From assembly GCF_009711715.1 (NCBI RefSeq), contig NZ_VENF01000010.1, positions 526-64,525 of the forward strand: a DNA stretch of 64,000 nt. The letters are read 5' to 3'. Numbering within the stretch: the first letter of the stretch is position 1; each line of letters starts with the position of its first letter. Origin of the DNA: Methylophaga sp. (GTDB lineage: Bacteria > Pseudomonadota > Gammaproteobacteria > Nitrosococcales > Methylophagaceae). Below the pieces are notes generated by a model, which was given only the letters and a program-made list of their open reading frames with translations, did not search any database and was not told the origin of the DNA. The translations under genes were made by a program, and so were the position numbers. This document shows positions 1 through 9,202 of the stretch, in pieces.

Positions 1-98
1 ATGTGACGGAAATGCTCAACCTGAGCGTCGTTCATATATTCTTCGCCTTCTTGCTCCTGGTAAGGAGTGAACTTAGCGTCGACTTGAGTGTTTTCCAT
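1..98 (-). CDS. dksA: RNA polymerase-binding transcription factor DksA, 5' part (runs off the window start)
   Basis: Minus-strand translation from ATG at 98: MENTQVDAKFTPYQEQEGEEYMNDAQVEHFRH, matching the DksA N-terminal PYQE..GEEYMN.AQ..HFR motif. GAGG RBS upstream. Divergent from an aminotransferase, as in Pseudomonas. Not in the ORF track. Confidence 0.93.
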   Translation of the reverse strand, partial: MENTQVDAKFTPYQEQEGEEYMNDAQVEHFRH

Positions 99-527
99 GT
101 TAAAACCTCATACTTTCTAAAACCAAGGGCGAATCTATACCAGAACGCCCCCGCATGTGCAAAACTAAAATTTCATTTTATCTCATTTGGAACAGCAGAA
201 ATCATTAATAAGGCAATTAAAAGTGGTAATTTTTGATGGTGTTCTCATTCTGGCCGAGACTGGCCATGTCGGCTGCCAAAGCGCTCGCAACCGCGCATCA
301 GAACAGCGCGTATAGAAGCCTGCTCGGAATGTATGCAGGTATGATAAATCGTTATCCATCACAGCCGCTAAATCAGGCATCGTTTCCTACCTCCTATGGT
401 TCCATCATACGCCACAGAAAAAGGTTAAGATCAAGCCCGCTGGGAGCATGACTTTATCGGCTTAAAACTCAGCACTGGTGATTGCTGTTACCCAAAACGA
501 CAAACCGTAGATTTTTAAAGGAGACAC

Positions 528-1703
528 ATGAGCAGGCCAATCAGCAAACGGGCACAGGCGATATCGCCTTTTCATGTCATGGATATTCTGGCCCAGGCCA
601 AAGCCCTGCAAGCGCAGGGACACGATATTATTCACATGGAAGTCGGCGAGCCTGATTTTGACACGCCTACGCCGATTATCGATGCCGGCATCAGGGCACT
701 GCAACAGGCCAAAACCCATTACACGCCGGCGCTTGGCCTGCCTGAACTCAGACAAGCCATTGCTGATTGGTACCAGACGCATTACGACGTGACCGTCTCA
801 GCCGAACGTATTGTCATTACCCCCGGCGCCTCCGGTGCCTTGCTGCTGGTTATGGGCGCTTTGCTGGAAAACGGCCAGAAAGTCATGCTGGCCGATCCGG
901 GCTATCCCTGTAACCGCCATTTCGCCCGTTTTGTTGAGGGCGAGGTCAATGCCGTGCCGGTTACTGCCGAGAGCCGTTATCAACTGACCGCGCAACATGT
1001 TACTGAACACTGGGACGAGCAAACCAGCATCGCCCTGGTTGCTTCACCGTCAAACCCAACCGGCACCGTCTTAGATAAAACTGAACTTGCTGCCTTATCC
1101 GCCGCCGTAAAACAACAGCAGGGCAGTTTGATCGTCGATGAAATCTACCACGGTCTGACCTATGATGATTTCGAGGCCCCAACTGCATTAGCCGTCGATC
1201 AGGACGCTTTTGTTATCAACAGCTTCTCCAAGTTTTTCGGTATGACAGGCTGGCGACTGGGCTGGCTGGTCGTACCGGAAGGCTTTACCGAAATCATGGA
1301 CCGGCTGGCACAAAACCTTTATCTCGCTGCCCCCACCATGTCGCAATATGCCGCACTGGCTGCATTTGAATCAGACACGCTGGAGATCCTCGAACATCGC
1401 CGCCAAACCCTGCAGCATCGTCGCGATGCATTATTGCCAGCGCTGGAGCAGGTGGGCTTTCGATTTGCCGTTAAACCCCAGGGGGCGTTTTACCTCTACG
1501 CCGATTGCTCAGCGCTGCTGAATGAAAAGGTCCCAGACAGTATGGCGCTGTCACGCTATCTGCTGAAAGAAGCGGGTGTGGCGGTAACACCGGGCCTGGA
1601 CTTCGGCAACTTCGAAGCTGAAAAACACTGCCGGTTTGCCTACACCACTAATGAAGAACGGTTGCTGGAAGCAGCGGAGCGGATAGGGCGGGCATTACGA
1701 TAA
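528..1703 (+). CDS. Pyridoxal-phosphate-dependent aminotransferase, class I/II
   Basis: GEPDF, YTPALGLPELR, SPSNPTG, DEIY, SFSKFFGMTGWRLG (PLP lysine); AAGGAG RBS. Confidence 0.95.
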   Translation: MSRPISKRAQAISPFHVMDILAQAKALQAQGHDIIHMEVGEPDFDTPTPIIDAGIRALQQAKTHYTPALGLPELRQAIADWYQTHYDVTVSAERIVITPGASGALLLVMGALLENGQKVMLADPGYPCNRHFARFVEGEVNAVPVTAESRYQLTAQHVTEHWDEQTSIALVASPSNPTGTVLDKTELAALSAAVKQQQGSLIVDEIYHGLTYDDFEAPTALAVDQDAFVINSFSKFFGMTGWRLGWLVVPEGFTEIMDRLAQNLYLAAPTMSQYAALAAFESDTLEILEHRRQTLQHRRDALLPALEQVGFRFAVKPQGAFYLYADCSALLNEKVPDSMALSRYLLKEAGVAVTPGLDFGNFEAEKHCRFAYTTNEERLLEAAERIGRALR

Positions 1704-1727
1704 TTTATTCCAATCCAGGGGACTCAT

Positions 1728-1762
1728 GTCATTGCGAGGAGGTGCAACCGAAGCCGCAATCT
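1728..1762 (+). repeat. Degenerate half of a REP/RPE-like palindromic element
   Basis: GTCATTGCGAGGAGGTGCAACCGAAGCCGCAATCT resembles the GTCATTGCGAG...GCAATCT arm of widespread proteobacterial intergenic repeats; the partner arm was not seen. Confidence 0.4.
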
Positions 1763-1983
1763 ATTCATATCAACCAACCAGGTCAGCCAGCTTAATTCTC
1801 CGATGCCTCATTGCTTTCTCTTAGACTACCTCCTGACCTGAATCAACATCGGACAGGTCACATCATCAGAACGGCAGGCCAGTTATGATCACGCCCTCAT
1901 GCTAATCCATTCGTGTACGTTGAGCTGGGGCTGACCTTATGGCAGCCGATCGTCCCTGGCTTGACGAGTGTTAGGGGAAGAGG

Positions 1984-3006
1984 GTGTCTGAAAGAATTGC
2001 GTATTTTGATATTTTACGTGCGATTGCCATAGTTGGCGTGGTGGCAATCCATGCATCGGGTACAGGGCTCAGTTTCGATGTAGCCAGCATCAATTTTAAT
2101 TTCACTGTGCTGTGGCGCAATTTGCTGAATTTTGCCGTGCCGTTGTTTCTAGCCATTTCCGGTTTTTTTCTGGTCAGGAAACAGTTTAAGTATACGGGCG
2201 AATATTTTGCCTTTCTAAAAAAGCAGATACCACGCGTTTATATTCCTACCCTCATCTGGTCTTTAGGCTGGTTCACTATCGCCATCGTGGTTTACAACAA
2301 GCCTGTGCTTGATGAGTTGTTTAAAGTGGTGACGTTTCAGTCAAGCGGTCCTTATTATTTTATTGCTTTAATCATTCAGTTTTACTTGCTGCTTCCTGTT
2401 CTTGGCCGTTTGGCTAATCGTAACGGTTTGCTGTTGAGCGTCTTCATCAGCATTGGCATCACCTTGGGCATATTTTATGTGCGTTATTTCACCAGAATGG
2501 AGATGCCGCTGATTTTCTATGCCGGCAATTTTCTCAGTTGGTTAATGTTTTTTGTTTTGGGCATGTATCTGGGCAGTTCGAGTATCAAATTCCCGAATCC
2601 AATATTGTTAGTGCTTATCATCACTTTCTACGTTTTATCGTGTATTGAGTCCTATGCACTGATAGCAGCTTTTCACCAGCCGGCGGAAGCAGCCACAGCA
2701 GTTAAACCCTCATCCTTTCTTTATTCGTTTTTCCTGATTATTTTCCTGTTCAGAAATCAGAACTGGATTCGGTCAACAGTGCTCAAACGGCTTGGTGATA
2801 GGTCGTTTGCGATTTATCTGATTCATCTGTTCGCGTTGCAGGCAGTTGTCATGCTGACTTCACGCCTTTATCCGCAGTTTCAGCAAATGACGGTGCTGTA
2901 CCAGCTATTTTTGGTTATTGTCGTCATTGTGTCTTGTAGCCTCTACATCTCCATTTCCAATCAGCTGCTGAGCTTCAGACAAGCAAGGTTGCTGGGGTTT
3001 CGGTGA
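1984..3006 (+). CDS. Acyltransferase family 3 (OafA/WecH-like membrane O-acyltransferase)
   Basis: RIAYFDILRAIAIVGVVAIH, AVPLFLAISGF, YYFI..IIQFY, SFAIYLIH; about 10 TM segments. Confidence 0.9.
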   Translation: MSERIAYFDILRAIAIVGVVAIHASGTGLSFDVASINFNFTVLWRNLLNFAVPLFLAISGFFLVRKQFKYTGEYFAFLKKQIPRVYIPTLIWSLGWFTIAIVVYNKPVLDELFKVVTFQSSGPYYFIALIIQFYLLLPVLGRLANRNGLLLSVFISIGITLGIFYVRYFTRMEMPLIFYAGNFLSWLMFFVLGMYLGSSSIKFPNPILLVLIITFYVLSCIESYALIAAFHQPAEAATAVKPSSFLYSFFLIIFLFRNQNWIRSTVLKRLGDRSFAIYLIHLFALQAVVMLTSRLYPQFQQMTVLYQLFLVIVVIVSCSLYISISNQLLSFRQARLLGFR

Positions 3007-3148
3007 TAGTCCCGCCAGGCATTCTGTCACCGCTATCTGGCAGCAACATCACCCAGAACGCAACCATTCACATCATCTTTTATAAGGCGTGATATACACA
3101 TAACTGATGCGAGATGCATTTGGATTTGTGCTTCTTGCACGTTAAGTT

Positions 3149-4855
3149 GTGTGGATGGTTTTAAGAAACACCGACACATTACAACGCTCCTTACTGGCCA
3201 TTTTTGGTATTACGATACTCAGCATCCTTGTCCTGACCTTGCTTGCATACCTTCAGGCTCGTACAGAAGAGCAGAATCGCGAGCTGGCATCACTGGGTAA
3301 CCAACAGATAGTGCTGGTGCAGAGCGTTGTTCGATCTGTTGTGCAGGCCGAAGCCAGCCAGCGTGCCTATTTCCTGAGTGGTGACCCCATCTATCAGGAA
3401 GAGGTTCAGGCTACGGTGACCAAGCTCAATGATGAAATGGCCAGACTCGAACGGCTTGACTCGTTTTTACCTGTGACACCGTTCAATCACACTGCACGCC
3501 TGCTGGAACTGGTTAGCATGAGAGTCGCACAGCTGGAATCGAAACTGGCGATGAGTTTCGAGGAGGGGCTTCAGGCGGTGCGTCAATCTATTCAGAGCCA
3601 GGAAGGCAAGCAGATGATGGACGCTTTAAGGGATATTGCACAGCTTATCAATGAAGAAGAACGTCGCTTTATTGCTCAGCGGGCATCGATGGCAGAACAG
3701 AATTCGCGGCAGCGAATTCACTTGTTACTGGGCGCGGCGGTTCTCAATCTGTTGCTGTTAAGTGTGGCTTACCGCGTGGTGAGAAAAGCCACCGGGCGCA
3801 GTGCGCAATTACTGGATGAAGTACACAATAAGACCCACGAAATTGCCAGTATCAATGAGTTCAGTAGTAATCTTCAGTCCTGTTCCACTGTTTCGGAAGC
3901 GCATGAGCTTTTCCGTCACTACATGCAACGTTTGTTTCCAGAGTGCAGTGGCGCACTCTACATCATGCGTAGTTCCCGTAACCTGCTGCATATGGCCACC
4001 AGTTGGAACATTGGGGAGTCACCATTTGAAGACATGATGGAGCCCCGTGACTGCTGGGCTCTGCGGCGAGGTAAACCGCACGAAATCACTGATCTGGCCA
4101 ATGAGTTGAGCTGTCGCCATCTAAACCAGGACTCAAGAGCCAGTCTGTGTATGCCGCTGGTGTCACAGAGCGAGACAATTGGCATGTTGCATCTGCGTAT
4201 CGAAGACAGTGAGTTGCTGCCGGTCGTGCGCGAGCGTTCTGATGCTATGGTCCACCATATCAGTGCCGCGCTTTCAGGTATTTTCCTGCGTGAGGCATTA
4301 CGCGAACACAGTATCCGTGATCCGATGACGCAGCTGTTTAATCGCCGTTATCTGGAAGAGAGCATTGCCAGAGAGCTTATTCGTGCCCGCCGATCCGGTG
4401 GGAGTTTCAGCGTGGTCATGACAGACATCGACCATTTCAAATCATTCAATGATAATTATGGTCATCAGGCTGGTGATGCGGTTATCAAAGCCTTTGCCAG
4501 CCACTTGCAGAGCCATGTCAGAGGTGAGGATGTGGTTTGTCGTTACGGTGGTGAAGAGTTTCTTATTCTGCTGACTGGTGCGACACATGAACAGGCTCTG
4601 GAGCGGGCTGAATTGCTGTGCCGCAGCACGCAAAAACTGGAAATCGATTCTGCAGTCACGTCGATTCCCTCTATCACGGCCTCCTGGGGCGTGGCGACTT
4701 TTCCAGAACATGGCGAGAGCTGGGAAGGTGTTATCAGCACGGCCGATGCAGCCCTCTATCTATCTAAACGCCATGGTCGTAATCGCGTCTCGTCTGCCAT
4801 TGAACTGACGAAAGTCACAGAAAAAAACAATTCAGAAGTGGATAGTAATCAATAA
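3149..4855 (+). CDS. Membrane diguanylate cyclase (CHASE3-GAF-GGDEF)
   Basis: Two TMs flanking a CHASE3-like segment (AEASQRAYFLSGD, GKQMMDALR); GAF (CWALRRG); DIDHFKSFNDNYGHQAGD, RGED I-site, GGEEF. Confidence 0.92.
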   Translation: MWMVLRNTDTLQRSLLAIFGITILSILVLTLLAYLQARTEEQNRELASLGNQQIVLVQSVVRSVVQAEASQRAYFLSGDPIYQEEVQATVTKLNDEMARLERLDSFLPVTPFNHTARLLELVSMRVAQLESKLAMSFEEGLQAVRQSIQSQEGKQMMDALRDIAQLINEEERRFIAQRASMAEQNSRQRIHLLLGAAVLNLLLLSVAYRVVRKATGRSAQLLDEVHNKTHEIASINEFSSNLQSCSTVSEAHELFRHYMQRLFPECSGALYIMRSSRNLLHMATSWNIGESPFEDMMEPRDCWALRRGKPHEITDLANELSCRHLNQDSRASLCMPLVSQSETIGMLHLRIEDSELLPVVRERSDAMVHHISAALSGIFLREALREHSIRDPMTQLFNRRYLEESIARELIRARRSGGSFSVVMTDIDHFKSFNDNYGHQAGDAVIKAFASHLQSHVRGEDVVCRYGGEEFLILLTGATHEQALERAELLCRSTQKLEIDSAVTSIPSITASWGVATFPEHGESWEGVISTADAALYLSKRHGRNRVSSAIELTKVTEKNNSEVDSNQ

Positions 4856-5069
4856 GCTGATGGGTCCGGCGGAATTTTCTACCAGGCATCTGCAGCTATT
4901 GCGCGTAACGCGCTAGCCGGATCATTGCTGTCTTATTGCTGTTGCAGACAACAAACCTGACTGAGACGGGTTTAGTTCTGGATGCAAACAATCAAGCCAG
5001 TTAAGCGTAGGAAAGGTTTTCCGTCACAAGCTAAATTTCATACTTTCTTTTTGAGTTCCAGCCGGGGTG

Positions 5070-5085
5070 TGTGATCCCATTTACA
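5070..5085. promoter_or_regulatory. CRP-family box (one mismatch)
   Basis: TGTGA-tcccat-TTACA just upstream of the RBS of the DUF305 gene. Confidence 0.4.
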
Positions 5086-5107
5086 ACTGAAGAAAGGAGA
5101 AACCATT

Positions 5108-5662
5108 ATGGAACATAATCAGCGCATGCACATGGGGTGGGGACGCTTCTCCGCCATGATTCTGACTTCAGTTGTCATCATGTTTTTCCTGATGTATCAA
5201 CTGGTTTTCTCTTATGACCATGCCTTTCTGAGTCTCAACCGCCTGGTAGCATCGTTGGTGATCGGTTGTGTGATGACGATTGTCATGCTCAGTTTTATGT
5301 GGTCCATGTATCAGGGCTTGAGCAGCAAAATCCTGATTCTTGTTATTGCTGCGATTGCCGGTGCGGGCATGTTATGGGGAAACAGATCTCAACTGTTGAT
5401 AGAGGATATCCACTTTATGAAATCGATGATTCCACACCATTCAATTGCCATTAACAATGCACGCAAAGCCGAGATAAGCGATCCCCGAGTACGTGAGCTG
5501 GCTGATGAAATTATCGAGGCTCAGGTAAGAGAAATTGAAGTTATGAAACGACTCATAGACGACATTGCTCAAAATGGCGAACGTGCTGGTAAGCCCCTTC
5601 CGCCACGCGCTGCGGAAGTGACCGAGGAGATGTTGCCAAAAATCAGAAAAGCGGTGGAGTAG
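5108..5662 (+). CDS. Membrane-anchored DUF305 (ferritin-like) protein
   Basis: Three N-terminal TMs; [16 protein letters not shown] and [17 protein letters not shown], typical of DUF305; AAGGAG RBS. Confidence 0.85.
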   Translation: MEHNQRMHMGWGRFSAMILTSVVIMFFLMYQLVFSYDHAFLSLNRLVASLVIGCVMTIVMLSFMWSMYQGLSSKILILVIAAIAGAGMLWGNRSQLLIEDIHFMKSMIPHHSIAINNARKAEISDPRVRELADEIIEAQVREIEVMKRLIDDIAQNGERAGKPLPPRAAEVTEEMLPKIRKAVE

Positions 5663-5758
5663 GTATCTGAGCCTGAGACAAATTTTCCAGCTCCAGAGCT
5701 AAATCTGGCTTAACAAAAAAAGCAGCAAACAACAGGTATTGATGGTCAGTACAGACCT

Positions 5759-6804
5759 GGTTCAGTTAATTCAGGTTCTTTATGGGGGCGGCCACACTGG
5801 ACACATCAAGATGTTGATACGCATTACCCTCGCTTGGAGTATAGTCAAACTTCAGTCATATAGACTTTGCTTGCAGGTCTTGGGTAGGGTTCAACATTGT
5901 GTGGCACATTAGTCGATACATATTATCTCCCGCCCTGGCCGTTAAGAAATTAAGCTGTTCGCAAGCTAAAATCGCAACTGTTGTGATGCTGCTGATCTTC
6001 CTGTCAGGATGCGGTACCGTAGCTCGTTCATTACCTCCTAAACATAGCTGCTGGTCTGATCAGGAGCAATTATCGGAAAGGACCCGGACATACTCTGAAA
6101 TCAGTCAACAGCAACTACTGGATGTAGCAGAAAGTTTGCTAAAACTGAGCTGGAAGAGCGATGTGGAAGTCAGTAAGTCCAGGCATACACTCACAGCCAA
6201 AATTCGCAGTGATAGCTGGTTCTATCTTTTCCTTGTGGCATATTTCGGTGTTGTTGACGAATTTTGGCTAATCACTACTCGACCTGACGCCGCCGGTGTG
6301 AATGTTTGTGTGCAAATTCAGGGGCAGTATTTAACTGACACCTATGTCCTGGGGGCTGAGCCCGTTACTCATGTTGTTTATCCTGTTTCGGCGGTTAAAC
6401 GGCCCCAGGGACCTTTTACGCCGCCTGCAGAGGCAATGGCGATCGACTTCGGCACAATCTGGGCGCGTATGGACTATCTTCTGGGGCTGCGATCAGATTG
6501 GTTAGCCTGTTCGTCTAACGGGCCGCATAAAAATCCGACCAGAGATCGCATGGAATTCGATCCATTTTGTCACAATTTAATAGCAAGCCCGGCGCGTCCA
6601 TCACCTCCACCGCAGAGACAACCCGGTGGTAAGGAAGTAAATGACTGAAGCAATCTGCTAAATCTGTCAATAAGTGGTGTCGCTGCTTTAGACAAATTAA
6701 AAAGCTGCTGGCCGTCTGCCAGTTGAAAGCAGTATGACCAGCAGCGTATGAATAATGATAAACAACCGATCGTTTCGGTTCAGTTAACTCAGGTTCTCCA
6801 CGGG
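5759..6804 (+). repeat. Imperfect 28-bp direct repeat pair (5759-5786 and 6777-6804) flanking the lipoprotein gene
   Basis: GGTTCAGTTAATTCAGGTTCTTTATGGG vs GGTTCAGTTAACTCAGGTTCTCCACGGG: 24/28 identical, all differences C/T. Confidence 0.6.
5899..6648 (+). CDS. Putative lipoprotein of unknown function
   Basis: Hydrophobic stretch ending in lipobox LSGC; 249-aa open frame; exact start uncertain. Confidence 0.7.
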   Translation: MWHISRYILSPALAVKKLSCSQAKIATVVMLLIFLSGCGTVARSLPPKHSCWSDQEQLSERTRTYSEISQQQLLDVAESLLKLSWKSDVEVSKSRHTLTAKIRSDSWFYLFLVAYFGVVDEFWLITTRPDAAGVNVCVQIQGQYLTDTYVLGAEPVTHVVYPVSAVKRPQGPFTPPAEAMAIDFGTIWARMDYLLGLRSDWLACSSNGPHKNPTRDRMEFDPFCHNLIASPARPSPPPQRQPGGKEVND

Positions 6805-7223
6805 TGGTCAGGTAAATCGCAAACCCCAATCGTTTCGACACCAGCGCGTGCCACCAGATTATCGTTTTCGACAGAACTGCCACTGACACCGATTGCACCC
6901 GACATGTAACCTTCTTCGTCAACAATCGGTACACCGCCGGGGAAGGTGATCAGACCGTTATTGGAATGTTCGATGCCATATAAAGGCTGACCGGGCTGCG
7001 ACAGTTGACCAATTTCTCCACTTGGCATGCCGAAATACAATGCTGTCTGTGCTTTTTTTATAGCAATATCGATACTGCCAACCCAGGCATCATCCATACG
7101 ATAGAAAGCTTTCAGGGCGCCGCCCGAGTCGACAATGGCAATACACATTCGGGTTTCCGTTGACTCGGCTTTCTCAAGCGCACCGTCGATCGCTTTTTTT
7201 GCTGCTTCTGATGTAACGTGCAT
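6789..7223 (-). CDS. GlcG/HbpS (DUF336) heme-binding family protein
   Basis: [48 protein letters not shown]. Confidence 0.92.
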   Translation of the reverse strand: MHVTSEAAKKAIDGALEKAESTETRMCIAIVDSGGALKAFYRMDDAWVGSIDIAIKKAQTALYFGMPSGEIGQLSQPGQPLYGIEHSNNGLITFPGGVPIVDEEGYMSGAIGVSGSSVENDNLVARAGVETIGVCDLPDHPWRT

Positions 7224-7382
7224 AGAGACCTCCTTGATAAATGGCTGGATCGTTATGTCGATAACGCTGTCGAACCGGGTTAACGATCCAGCCAGGACGT
7301 ACTGACTTCTGCTTCAAATCGTCAGTCTTTATCTTTTTCAGCGTTCGACACCACAGCTGACAACACACCAGTCGGTTTTGTT

Positions 7383-7396
7383 TTGATAGCGATCAA
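7383..7396. promoter_or_regulatory. FNR/ANR/DNR-type box
   Basis: Perfect TTGAT-agcg-ATCAA in the divergent intergenic region. Confidence 0.65.
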
Positions 7397-7533
7397 ACTA
7401 TGACAAAAACAGCTTGTCGTCAGGGCTTCACCAGGAGTCTTATGTCAAGTCACAGCCTAACGGAGGTATTGGATTTGTTTAGGCATAAGAAGACAGACAC
7501 AATAAAACCAGGCTTCGCAGACTAGAGGAGGCA

Positions 7534-8394
7534 TTGATGTTCTCGTCCTGTTGGCCCTTATTCGCACTGGTTATGCTGATTATTCTGGTCTGGCAGTTGT
7601 GCTGGTGGGGCGTGAAGATTTCATCGGCTTTGTATGCGCGCTCTGTGGTTTTGCTGACGGAGGTGAAACAGCAAAAAGGGGTTGCCGGGCTCTGGCTGAG
7701 ATTCAGCGCCTCTTTTCCGGAAACCAGTCAACTTTTGCAGGCACGATTCACGACCCGGCGTTTTTCGGGGTTGATATTGACTTTGATTGTGCTGTTTATG
7801 CTCTATTTTCTGGCGCTGTTCGGTGGTTTGGTCGGAGAGTTGCTGGAAGCCGAGGAGCTGATTCAAGTTGATCACTGGATCAACGACCAACTCACGGTGA
7901 TAAGAACTGATAGTGCTGTCACGACCTTTGCCTGGCTAACCGATCTGGGCGGTTCACCGGCGCTGCTGGCGGTGGCAATTGTCGCTACCGGCTTGCTCTG
8001 GGCGCATCAGCGTACCCGTCTGATCGCGCCGCTTTGGCTCACAGTGTTTGGCTCGCAATTAATGACTTATTCCGGTAAATTTTTGTTGCAGCGTCAGCGA
8101 CCCGAATCAATCACCGGACTGGTCGAGGTGACGCCATCTTTTCCCAGCGGACACGCTACCAGCGCACTGGCAGTTTACGGGTTTATGGCCTACATCATCA
8201 GCAGAGATCTGAAAACAGTCCGTCAGCGGTTTGAACTGGTCTACTGGACAGCGGTATTAATAGGCCTGATAGGTTTCAGCCGCCTGTTATTGAGTGTGCA
8301 TTATGCCAGTGATGTCGCGGCTGGCTTCCTGGTTGGGAGCTTCTGGTTACTGCTTGGGATAGCGGTTGCCGAGCAATCTCAAAGGGCCCGATAA
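7534..8394 (+). CDS. PAP2 (type 2 phosphatidic acid phosphatase) family membrane phosphatase
   Basis: K...QRQRP, PSFPSGHA, SRLLLSVHYASDVAAG catalytic motifs. Confidence 0.92.
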   Translation: MMFSSCWPLFALVMLIILVWQLCWWGVKISSALYARSVVLLTEVKQQKGVAGLWLRFSASFPETSQLLQARFTTRRFSGLILTLIVLFMLYFLALFGGLVGELLEAEELIQVDHWINDQLTVIRTDSAVTTFAWLTDLGGSPALLAVAIVATGLLWAHQRTRLIAPLWLTVFGSQLMTYSGKFLLQRQRPESITGLVEVTPSFPSGHATSALAVYGFMAYIISRDLKTVRQRFELVYWTAVLIGLIGFSRLLLSVHYASDVAAGFLVGSFWLLLGIAVAEQSQRAR

Positions 8395-8460
8395 AACCTG
8401 TCTCAGGCGATTTGTTTATTCGGTCAACGATAGAACTTATTAAAGACATAGGGTAAGCGT

Positions 8461-9060
8461 ATGCAAACCAGCTCAGTTCCAGGCTGGCTGAAACCGGGCT
8501 ACACACTGCTGGTCTGTATTATTGTGCCGGTGTACTGGCAGGCGTTGGGACCCAGCAATTTCCTGTGGTTTTCTGATATCGCACTCATCACGCTTGTTCC
8601 CGCTGTCTGGCTGGAAAACCGGCTGTTATCCAGCACCATGGCCGTCAGTGTTTTGTTTCTGGAGCTGGCCTGGGTGGTGGATTTTGTCAGTGGTGGTGAG
8701 TTGATAACGATCGCGGCGTATATGTTTGCTGAGGATGAGCCCTGGCTTATCAGGTTGTTGTCAGGCAGTTTTCACCTGGTTTTGCCGCCTTTATTGATTT
8801 TTTTGCTGTACCGGCTGGGCTATGACAGGCGGGCCTTGCCGTTACAGATTTTAATTGCCCTGATCGTGTTGCCGCTGACCTTTGTTCTGACAACGCCGTC
8901 AGACAATATCAACTGGGTTTACGGGCTGGGCCAGCCACAGCAATTGCTGCCACCACTGGTTTATTTATGTTTGTTTTTCCTGGCGCTTGTATTGCTGGTT
9001 TACCTGCCGTCTCACCTTGTATTAAAGCGTTTTTTCAGCGCTGATCATGTAGATAATTAG
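8461..9060 (+). CDS. Conserved-looking hypothetical integral membrane protein
   Basis: About 6 TMs; NFLWFSDIAL and NINWVYG motifs. Confidence 0.75.
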   Translation: MQTSSVPGWLKPGYTLLVCIIVPVYWQALGPSNFLWFSDIALITLVPAVWLENRLLSSTMAVSVLFLELAWVVDFVSGGELITIAAYMFAEDEPWLIRLLSGSFHLVLPPLLIFLLYRLGYDRRALPLQILIALIVLPLTFVLTTPSDNINWVYGLGQPQQLLPPLVYLCLFFLALVLLVYLPSHLVLKRFFSADHVDN

Positions 9061-9202
9061 CGCCAATACCGCATCGGTTTTATCAGGCTGAAGGCTGCTT
9101 AAAGTTTCAGAGAGACGCTGGAACCCCCCTGAATTCACTGACATTATTTTCAAACCGGGAGGATGCAGGAAACCGCTGATTTCAGCTAACATCGGAAACG
9201 GT

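Noticed and set aside
5749-5765. PhoP-like repeat GTACAG-N5-GTTCAG upstream of the lipoprotein gene
   Set aside because: One mismatch and no suitably placed -10; not separable from the direct-repeat observation.
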